The translations under genes and the position numbers were made by a program. From Vitrella brassicaformis CCMP3155 (taxonomy: Eukaryota; Protista; Chromerida), in NCBI GenBank assembly GCA_001179505.1, contig CDMY01000185.1:1-64000 (forward strand): a stretch of 64,000 nt of DNA, written 5' to 3'. Positions 37,954 to 48,465 of the stretch are shown here, piece by piece. Position 1 is the stretch's first letter; every line of letters starts with the position of its first letter. The notes beneath the pieces are model-generated. The model was not told the origin of the DNA, searched no databases, and saw nothing but the letters and a program-made list of their open reading frames with translations.

Positions 37954-38010
37954 TCAAAGCTTCCCGTCTTGGCCATAGGCCATTGGGGTTGCCAACCGAC
38001 GGCCACGCCT

Positions 38011-38043
<33 letters not shown>

Positions 38044-39082
38044 ATCGTCATCATCGTCATCGTCTGGTTCCTCAAAGCCACCTGAAGATGAACGTAAAGC
38101 ATATATGACGCCAAAGGCTCCCCCAATCACATTGCTTTTTGTTTGTGTTGCATTCTGTTCCTTCCGTAAGACTCACCTCTCTCTGGGCCGGGTCGAGCGC
38201 CAGCATCGCAATTATCACCTGGCGGGCAGCAGTCGTACCATCCACTTCCAGGGTAGCATACATTTTGACACGTCCCGAATTTCACCGGTTCCTCACACGC
38301 GAGTGTCGCATACCCATCTTCATACACGAAGTCCCTGAGATACACCACCACATCCTGCCGGAAACAATCAATGGCCAGTCGGTCCTTCGTGCTCCCATCT
38401 CTCTGTGAAGGCGTACCACTTCGGCGGCGTCGTTGCCGAACGGCACGATGTATGCGTTCAGACGTGAGAAAGCTGGCCCGGGTGGCGCATTCCGAATGGT
38501 TGAAACAACATCCTCGAAGCTGTCAGCAGAGCCCTCTTCAAGTGGACAGGATGGCTCGACTGACTCCCGATACTTCTCCCTGCAGGGAGGACGCACGTGT
38601 TGAATGGCAACGTGTGTATGCCAGCTGTCAATCTCTTTACCCGTCCACAAAAGAAAAAATGTCCCCATCGCCACTAAGCGAATTGGCAGCGATAACCACA
38701 GATGAGTCTGAGTACATCGTCCGGAGCTCATCCTGAAGGGACAAAAAGAAAACAAGATGCTGCACATGATGGATGTGTCGCCTGCCTGACTGCCCGTCTT
38801 TCTTACCAGATCGATGGAAATCCTCATGTACTCGCCCGGCTGGATGGTCTCGCTGAGTCTCAGGAGTTCGCGGCATTCCTCTTGCTCAACGGTCGATACG
38901 AGGCTGGCGTTGGCAGAGGGCCTGGCACCGCTGTGCTGCCCCTTCGCAAGCCCCATGAAGTCGTCTCGCAGTCGTTGAATGGTGTCCTCGAGCTCTTGGC
39001 TGTCGAGGTCCACCGTGGCCAGCTGTGCCTGGCAGAGCACTCCATTGAAGGCCAGCAAGAGAGGGACGAAGACACGAGCCAT
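37954..39082 (-). CDS. Secreted family paralog 3 (PPC-like) with poly-Asp tail, 5 exons
   Basis: MARVFVPLLLAFNGVLCQA; TIQPGEYMRISIDL | DELRTMYSDSSVVIAANSLSGDGDIFSFVD | ...NAYIVPFGNDAAEV | DVVVYLRD...CYPGSGW...GARPGPER | GGFEEP, a poly-Asp run, then RRGRR...GKL*. Confidence 0.8.
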
Positions 39083-39219
39083 CTTGGGAGCCTGGAACGC
39101 TGCGTACGGTATGTAAACCAAATGTAAACGCATGCGAGACGCCCCAGGTGCCCCCAGGAAGACTGCAGACAGAAGACCTGTCTAGAGGATCTATCCAATC
39201 ATCCCTCCATCTCATCAGA

Positions 39220-39764
39220 ATGCCGTCCATTCAGAATCTGGTGGTTGTTTCCGTCTTGGCTGTGTGCGGCGCCGATGGATGCCTTGCCAGGCTGCCGCGG
39301 GATGCCCACCATCCCAGCTGTCGTGGCCTTCATCCCCTCACCAATCAGACGGGGCCCAACGCTTCTCCGCCCGAGCAATCGCACTCACATGCATATTTGA
39401 TTACCAAGCGATCACGCCGAGACGTGCATCTGTGTGCAGAGATCGTTCTGTCCGAGGAAGAGCCGCCTCTCCTAGCGGCGGTGTCGTCACTGAAGTGCAC
39501 TGAAGGTGAGTGATGAGAGACAGCCACATCCGTCTCTGTGCTCCGAGGTGTGCGAATACAGCCGAGTGCCCATCCGGACTGGAGTGTCCCGAGGGCACCA
39601 CGTGCTACAGCACGAACCCAATCAGGGTCCAGGGCGAGAAAGAGAAAATGCACTTCAGGTGTGACAAGGAAGGCCAGGAGGACGCAGCGAGGCGCAGGAA
39701 CAACAAGGACGAGCTCATGAGGGAGATGCTCAACACATGCCGCTGCTGCAGAAAAAAGCTTTGA
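39220..39764 (+). CDS. Small secreted cysteine-rich protein (model uncertain)
   Basis: Signal-like MPSIQNLVVVSVLAVCGADGCLA; downstream exon CAPRCANTAECPSGLECPEGTTCYS...RCD...TCRCCRKKL*. Confidence 0.45.
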
Positions 39765-39944
39765 GTGAGAAGGTCAACCGATCGGCTCGTTCTCCTTCAT
39801 GGCATATGAAAATGGACGGCGGACACACAGCGACTGATCAACCAATGAGCCGTCGTTTGTCCGTTCCCAGGCATCCTCCCATCATGCACACAAAGACAGA
39901 CAGACAGGCATGCAGACACTACTCAGAGTCTCAGGATGAAGGTG

Positions 39945-42136
39945 TCATTCAGCTTGGTCCGGTGCCTGTCGCCCCCGAAAATGTACAAAGCACCCTCTGC
40001 AGCCGATAAGCACACACACACACACACACACACAATGCATAGAATCGATGCAGCACGTTCGATCGGTCAAGTATTTCGCACTCACCGTGCAGCACCATCG
40101 TGTGCCCAGACCGCGGACAAGGCACACGACCCTCTGCATGACAACACACCCATCCATCCATCCATCTAGGCTCGCCTGTGAGCGCGTACCATGTTTGGTG
40201 GCGGTCTTGCGTCTGAGGTTGCCGGCAGCGTCGAGCAGCCTCGCCTCGTTGCCTCTCTTGGAGTCCCTCGCCCCCGACCCACCCTGTCGGCCGAAGCGTG
40301 ACGCCATCCGACGCACAAAGTCACCGACGCCCTGGCCCTCAGGGTGCGGCTGATCCACCTCCCTCACCTGCTTCCACGCCATGCACACACAAGAGGTGAT
40401 GGGATCGCGCTTTTGTGTGGGTGTGTGTGGGTGTGGGGGGGGGGCTTGCGTACACAGTCTGGTGCTCTTGCTCTGAGGAATGGTGCCGGGGCGAGTGACT
40501 TGAGGGCCTTGAACAGTAGCCCGTCGATGTCGGGAGGCGACAGGCCGCCTGCGCCGCCCACAGACCTCTGGGTGTCGTCCAGGCCGATCATGGTCCCGGT
40601 GCTCTGCCTCGTGGCTGCCAGCTTGTGTGCGCTAATCCTGTGTGAGGAGACCTTGATGCGATGCCCGTCGGCCGTCACACGAGAGGCTGACGCCTTCAGA
40701 GGGGCATCTGACAGACACACCAAAGAGGAGATTCGAAAGATGCGACACAATTCAGGAGGGAGACGGTTTATGCCTGCCTGCTTACCGCTGGCACCAGTAG
40801 AGCTTTTCTGGTCCTTGGCGGGTCTCGATCTCTGCTTGCACCGCCACTCCTGCGTCTGAAGGCCGAGAGTGTAAATGTCGGTGCTGTCCTCGTTGTCCAT
40901 GTCAGTGCCGCCAACAATGATCAGCAGCTGCCCATGCATCACGCCACACAAATCTAATCCACACACCATCAGACAGAGAGCAGACTGTGCATCCTCTCCG
41001 CTTCCCCAGGGGTGTCTCGTTTGGGCTCACCTCACCAGCTCGAGGCGAGGGCTTCTCCCCTGACGTCTCGATCTCCGCCCACCTGATGTCCCAGCCCATG
41101 ATGTTGTTGTCTTCCTGCATGGCCTTGCTCTTGCTTACGTGTGTGTCTCCGTGTTGAATGACCAGATGTCGTTGAGCTTGTGGTTTCTTGTCGTCGATCC
41201 CCCGAACACGAACATGCGGCACCCCACGCCCACGGCAGCATGGCTGTGACGCGCAGGCGGCCAGCGAGGCACTCTTCGACCAGGGGAGGCGACTGAGAAC
41301 GAACAGGACAGCACAGTGCCAAGACTCCCTCCGCTTTTCTCGACACGACCATTCAAGGACCATTCATTCACCTGGAGTGATCTGTGTCCATCTGTCGCCG
41401 ATGAGGTCGAACTGCCACAGCTCGGCCACAACGTCGCCGCCCTTCTTGTACCCACCAAACACCATCATCTGCCCCTCAATCACCACCGCAGTGTGGCTGT
41501 CCCTGGCGCTCGGCACAGTGGCCGGCCGCCTGTCGCGGCCCAGCTCGGGGGGCTCAACCACACGCCACTTGAGGTCATTCAGCTCCAAAGAGACGCTCTC
41601 GTTGGTCTCACCGGAGGCCTTGATGCCGCCGAAGACGTGCATCGAGTCGCCATGAAGCACCGCCGTGTGGCGGCATCTACACACATGGAAGACAGACGCG
41701 CGCGCGCGCGAGATGCGACATGAGTGGGGGAGGGAAGGCGCTCCTCACCTTGGGTCGGGTGTGTTTGTGGTGCTGAGCTTCTCCCATCTTTCGAAACCCG
41801 CCTCCCCAAGCACCAACACGTGCTGCGGACAGACAACACCGGGGCCCCACGAACAATCCTTCGTTTCATCTGCAGTGCGTTTCTCGTACCACATCGCCCA
41901 GCAGCTGGTCTCGCGCGTCCCTGCCGCCATATACGAAGGCCTTCTCGCTCGAAAGCACCATGGTATGGTGGCTGAGAGCCAAACAAGCAGAGGAGACTGT
42001 GTGTGTCATGAATGTGTGGCGATTGTGTGACTCAGAGGGGTTCCTTTTCTCACCTGCGTCGAGTGGGCGGTTTGCCCAGGGCCCTCAGCTCAGACCATAA
42101 TGATGGTGGGGATGAAGGGTCATCGACAGACAACAT
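39945..42136 (-). CDS. Kelch-repeat beta-propeller protein
   Basis: Repeated R-x-x-H...(F/Y)GG...W units: HHTMVLSSEKAFVYGG, RHTAVLHGDSMHVFGG, RDSHTAVVIEGQMMVFGG, RHSHAAVGVGCRMFVFGG and LLIIVGG. 3' end approximate. Confidence 0.88.
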
Positions 42137-42293
42137 GGCGCCACACACAGCCGGAGGGAAAGCTCAGCCTGGTGTCCGTAGAGAAGGTCAGCGAGGGGCT
42201 GCGGCTTCTTGCTTGCACGCGCTGCCAACAACTCTGAGGGGAAATCCCCTCATACTGTCACTGTATTTTGTCGTGTCCGCACAACCAGGGCAA

Positions 42294-42373
42294 GGTCACA
42301 TGGCCGAGAGGTCTAAGGCGCCACGTTTAGGCCGTGGTCCGCGAGGGCGTGAGTTCGAACCTCACTGTGGCCA
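42294..42373 (+). tRNA. trnL-UAG: tRNA-Leu (anticodon TAG)
   Basis: Acceptor stem GGTCACA/TGTGGCC; A-box TGGCCGAGAGG; anticodon stem CCACG/CGTGG with loop TTTAGGC; long variable arm; T-loop GTTCGAAC. Confidence 0.95.
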
Positions 42374-42887
42374 TCTTCAACAAGCTCTGCATTGCCTTGT
42401 TTGATTCATTGCCATCAGAAGACAGGGCTGCCGCCAAGTCTGCACTCTCGACGGTGGTCGAGCTGTGCCATCGAGTAGACATATAGATGTTGGTTGGCTA
42501 TTGTGTTTAACGAGACTCGTGTCTGTAACCCCGATGGGATCCTGTCGTCGCAGCACGCACTAAACTAACAGCATGTACATGCATAAGAGCATGCATACGG
42601 CCGGCCTGTCTCTCCCTCCCTACACTGGCACCGGCGGACAAACAGATGGCAACAGAGAGCACTGCCATAGATGTAAACGACCTAGTGACCGTCTCACACG
42701 TAGGTTCTCGCTACAGAGATGTGTGTACATAGATCATGTGAACCAGAACCTGTTATTGCAGATGCCGAACTCCCAAAAAGCAGCGCCAACAACGCCACCC
42801 ACGCCTTTCTGTCACTGCTCCGGGTGCCACGTGTGCGGCGGCTCTTCGCAGTCCTCGAAATCGTCCTCGCGGCAATCCAGGTACGAC

Positions 42888-45800
42888 TCAGGGGCGGCAT
42901 CCGAGTGGACGGTCCCCAGGTGGGAGAGAGTGGTGTCCCCTGGCTGAAGTTGCCCGCCACTCGCCATAGCAGTGGCTGCAGGTGCACATATGTCGGCACG
43001 GCACAAACATGATGGATGCCTGCCCGTGCTGGCCGTAGCATTTGCTGCAGTCGGCTTGTTGGTGGTCGGCGGAGGGGCAGGAGCCGAGAACGGGGTGCTT
43101 GCACGGGACGTGCCGGGTCGATGGCACCGTCCGATGAGTCTTGAGGCTGTCCCTCACTGACGATGTGCTGCTGCTGCTGATGCTGTTGCGTGGCGGCAGG
43201 GGGAGGGGGGTGGGATGGTCGTGGCGGGAGAACGAACCAGTGACCACAATCCTTTGCACCAGCGGCTCCAAACCTGAAGCAATACCAAAACAAGGCACAC
43301 ACCCAGATGAATTCCCTCTCTCTCGTCAACGAATGTCCCTCTGCATGCCTACAATGGATCGCTGCGATGGGGCAGGGGAGGCAGGGGACAATGGGGGACT
43401 GCTGGAGGCTGCGTGGCCATCCCCGTGCCGCCGTTGAGCAACGGTGGGCCCATCAGGACGGGCGGGACTCCACCGCCACGGCGCTTTGCAGCTTTCGAGA
43501 TCGGGGCGGCAGGAGGAACGTTTTCCTTCTTTCCGAACCGCTGGTGCTGTCGCTAATCCCCAGCTGCCGCTCGCCCTCTGCCCAAGGTCGACGCAGACGT
43601 CACGACGTCCTGGTTGCCTTGTTTGGATGTCTTCTTGTTGCTGTGGCCGCTCTGCCGTGCGTGGAGGCCAAAGGCCGAGTTGAGAAGCATGGCGTCGGGG
43701 TCCTCTACCTCGCTCTCGTGATCAGTGCTCAGGGGATGCTCGTCACCATGGTCGTCTTGCAGATCAGAGCCCGCCTCGGCGGCCGCTGTGGCAGACTGGC
43801 TGTGCTGCCCCTTGCCCTTGTGGGCCTTCATTTCCTTCTTGGCCATCCGCGCCTTCTCTCTGGCGTCCTCCTGGATGAGCTTGTCGGCGTTGCGTTCCGC
43901 CTCAACGGCCTCTGCCGCTAGCTGGGCCTCGGGCTTGCGAGAAGACTGCTTGGCCATGCTCTGCGTCTTCTCCTTGGCGCCCTGCTGGGCGATCGATTCC
44001 AAGAAACGCAGGAACTGAAAGAAAGATCGAGGTCAAGAGTGTGAGGGGGGGGTGGAAGGAGGTGCTTTCGCGTCAGCCTGCCTGTGGTGGTTTGCTGAGA
44101 TGGGTGGCATCAGGGCTGCGCATCTCCTTGACAGAGTCGAGCTGAATGAAAGCGGCGTGGCGTACACGTGAAAAGATGGATAGATGCGGGCAAGCGTGTC
44201 TCGTTTTCTGACCTTGAGTATCTCTCGGATGAACGGATTGCGGGTGTGCTCCCCCTGGGCAACCAGAGTCCTCCCGTAGCTGCACACGCACATCCATCCA
44301 TCCATCTCGCGCACCGCATCCATGTGTGTATGTTCACGGATGCGTAACGGTGCTTACTTGACCATCGTCTGGAGAACGGCCACGACCGAGTCCAAATTGA
44401 TGTCAGTACTGGTCAGCTGTCCCCGCGCTCGAGCGAGCACCGCATCGCAGAGAGCCTTGGACAGCCCTGCGGTCGACAAAACCTGAACCAACCAAGACAC
44501 TTGCAAGTGTCGAATCTCACTGCACACGCTGCCTGCTGACTGACTTTTCGATCGGTCTGGATCAGGAGTTTGAGGCAGGTCACACAGAGGGCCAAACCGA
44601 CCCTGAGCGCCTGGCAGTCCAGCATGTCCACCAAGGTAGACACAAAGCCGGAACCGATCAACTCCTGCCCCCTCCCCTCCTCTGTGTCACACACACACAC
44701 ACACACACACACAACGATTCGTCTATGAAGAGCGGATCACGCGACGGCGTACCTGCGAGAGCGATTGCTGGTGTGACGATGGTATTGCCCAGGTAGGTCG
44801 ACATGGTATCACCTTGGCGGATCATCTTGACCACCTTGCCGCGCACGAGGCATCCATGACGATCGGCTCAAGCAGACGGAAGGGGAGGGGGGCCGGTGCG
44901 AGCACTTTGAGCAATCCCACTTCCTCCGCCAGCTTGACGACCGGGTCTTCATTGTGGGCATCCGTCGCCTGCCGCTTCGCCAGCAGAGAGGTCGCGCAGA
45001 GCCAGTAGGCAGTGCACATGAGGGCGCCTAGGACGAGGGATGCGGCTCTGAGCTCAAAGGAGCCATCCTCGGCCGACACGACGAGCTGGGCCAGTCTGTT
45101 GAAGTGGGCGTACACGTGAGAGCCCAACGCCGCTTTGGTCACTTGCCAGTCCTCCACGGCTGCACACAGGCACGACACCAGGCACATAGAGAGACGCCAA
45201 CGAACACAGGATGCCCTTCTCCTCCCTCTGTGTGAGTTCACCTGTTAGGCGTCTCCGGTCGAAGGACACAGTAATAGTCGGCAGCAGATGGATCATGTTG
45301 TCGGCGCCACGCTGGCCGTCGACAGCCCCATGGTCTCGACAAACATGGTGAAGAATGGAAGCGCCAGTGACCATGGGTGGCTGGGAAGACTGGGCGAGTA
45401 CAAGAGGATGAGCACGTTGCGAGCCTCGCCTGCCAAGACCACATGCCGGGGTCGCAGGAGGACGCTCATGGCCTGCCGGATAGTGGCCTCATGCCGCCTC
45501 AGGAAGTCGTCGCGAAGCCTGGCAGCGGCCGGGTAGTCTCCCATGGCAGGGAGGGCAGCAAGGGCCGCCCTGATGGCGTACAGCCGTGCAAGTGTCACGA
45601 CGTCGATGCGGGGTGGAGGAGGAATGCCCAGCGGCTTGCAAGAGTCGGAAATGAGGACTGTCTGAGCGGCTGTTTTGTCGGTGAGCTCGATGTCGTCTCC
45701 CTCGCTCGGTTGGCTCCACGTCAGAGTGTCGAAGATGGCCGACACGAACGTCGGTGCCAACGGGCCGACGAGTGTGAGCAAGCGGTTGCGGAGCAGACGA

Positions 45801-48406
45801 TAGAGGACGTCAGCCGTCGCAACCCGACACTCGACGCTGCTGCCATCCACCAGGTGCGTCAGGATGCGGCGGAAGGCATCGACGTCGTTGACGAACCGCT
45901 GGGCGAGCCCTTTGAGCACGGGCATCTGGACCTGGCTGATGCCCCTGGCTGATCGGATGTAGACCTCCACGTCATCCGAGAGCAGCCCGTCCTCAAATTG
46001 CTCGATGCTCTCAGGGGTGGGGTGGGAGCTGGTCGACGGAGCGGCAGGGTGGTCAGCAGCAGCCTGGGGGGCAGCAGCCTGGGGGGCTGCTGCGAAAGCC
46101 GCGGGTGCGGGGGCCTTCTTGTTCTTCTCCTTCTTCGCTTTCTGGCCCTTCTTGCCCTTGGCTGGAGCGGTCATCGACTGGAAGAACGACGACACCTTCA
46201 GGAAAAAGAAGCGTGCAGTGTATCATTACTCATTCAGTGCGCGTATTTCCTTGTACCTACCTCATTTGGCGGGGTGGAGAGCGCTGACGGCCCAATTAAC
46301 TTGGCGCCGTACTGGTCGAACAAAGCCACAAGCAGGCTGGGTACCGACGTGGCGTGTGCGAGATACACGTATACACACCTACCTGGACGATCTGCTGAGG
46401 AAAAGGGTTGCTCGGCACCTTGCCCTCAGCGACCAACTCGTCTCCATACCTGGACACACACACACACACACACATCAACGCATACACACACGACGCTGGC
46501 CACTAGACGGCCATCGCATTGCCTACGTGATGATTCTGCTGAGCCAGGCAACGAGGACGGGCCGCCTGTCGAACTGACCGTGCATCATGCCAGCGGTCTG
46601 GGAAATGGCCATTGCCGATGTGCAGATCAGCATCGATTCGGACAAGGCTTGCGCCAGGGCCTCCGTGCCCAAGAACTGGCGGACAAAGAAAGAAAGAAAG
46701 ACAGACAGAAAGACGGAACCTTTGTCGCTTTCTGCGAATGTGGTGAGTGTGCTGTGCTGTGCTGTGCTGCGCTGTGCTCACCGATCTGTCTCTTTGGACG
46801 ATCATATCCAGGCAATGCAGATCCAGGTGCATGACGACGTCGTCCACAGACACCGACAATTGCCCCACCATCCCAAACAGCACCGGAAGGAAGCCAGCCT
46901 TCTTGAGAACAGACAATTGATTCGACTCTGCCACACGGACAGACAGACCAGCAGACACAAACAAACAACCCAATGCATACGTATGCCTGCACCAGGAACC
47001 CTTCCGTGGGCGCACCAATGGCAGCCATGGCTGGAATGAGGATCGCTGCAGCGATAGCATGCGCCTGGAGGTCGCTTGGTGCTGCCTGCGCAGCTGCGAG
47101 CACCCTGCTCATGAGTTTTTCCTTGAACAGCGGCCGGCATGGTGCGAGAGGGAAGGGGGCCACCCTGCACAGCTCGGACACAGGAATGGTTCGCTCATCC
47201 CCACCGCCTGACATGACACACAAACAACCAACCACACAGGAGCCAGGCCCAGTGATCCGATGCAGGCACTGACTCGGCCAGCATCTGCCCTCTCTTTCTC
47301 TTTCTGGGTGGGCGCATTGCATACCGAGTTGGTGGCGGCAGAGGAGGAGGGCCCTCGCGAGTGTGGTGCCCAGCGCAGCACATGCAGCCGCGAGGAGCTG
47401 TCCGTCTGATGTCACCACGATGCGCACGAGGCACTCCACATGAGCGTAGCAATGCTCTCCGATCAGCTCCCGCAACTCGCTCTCTTCCAGCACTACGGGA
47501 GGGAGGCAGACAAACAGGCAGACACAAAGAGAATGTGGGTGGGTGGGTGTGTGCGTGTGTGTGTGTCCTTGGCGTACCTTCGTCGCGTGGCAGCCATTCC
47601 ACCTGATGGTAGAGGTCTATGAGGCTCAGCACGTTCGCCCAGTACAGGTCATCTGCCGACCGCAGCGGCCCCGCGGCGAAGAGGCACTGGACCATCATCG
47701 ACAGCAGGGGCAGCAGGAGGTCCACAGCCATGGGAATCTCTCCTCCCGCCACAAACTGGTGGGCCACCCTCGCCCCCAGCTCACGCACCAGCGCATACGC
47801 CCAACTGGACACATTCACGGCCGCTGCCGTCGTCCGCAGCGGCATCAGGTGCAGACACTGCTTAACGGTCGTCCGATGGCTCATGAAGAAGTCGTCACGA
47901 ATCTCGGCGTACTGCTTTGATGGCAGCACCTCCTTCGCCGCGTAGAAGACTTCCACCAGCAGCGCCAGCCTCGTGCAGGTGATCACGTCCAACGCACAAC
48001 GAGCGACCTTCCTGCCGAAGACGCTCTGGTAGACCTTGCCGTCCAGACGCACCTCAGTCCACGTGACGGCGCCGATCACAAAAGCCGCCACTTGTGCCAG
48101 CTGAGTCGGCGGCACGCGTAGAAGGGCAAGCCGAACCGTTCCGTTAACCTGGAGTGCACAGAACAAGTCAGCGGCAATGACCCGGTTGGTCTCTGCAGTG
48201 GTGTCGTCCAGGAGGGCAGACAGCAGCCGCTCGAGCGCATGCCTGTCGCCCAGCAGCCGTCCGGCGAAGCTGGTGAGCTGATCAGCAGACACATTGCCGC
48301 TGAGTACGGCGGTGGCGAGGCCCTTGGCGGCCACGAAGAACGGCTTTTCTTCTGCGTCTGGCGATAGCACGACCTTCTCGGGACAGGCAAGGCCGCTGTG
48401 GCTCAT
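42888..48406 (-). CDS. Large helical (ARM/HEAT-like) protein of two homologous modules, a charged linker and a C-terminal RING-HC-like finger (one gene or two tandem paralogs)
   Basis: Module A (48406-46390) and module B (46198-44210) share aligned motifs. A phase-0 splice joins A to B. CSKC...FVPCRHMCTCSHC lies near 43030-42970; linkage of the RING exon is uncertain. Confidence 0.55.
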
Positions 48407-48465
48407 CTTGAATCTAGAAGCGGCGAAAGCTGATCCGAAAGCTGCTGAGCCCTTTGACCCCCCTC

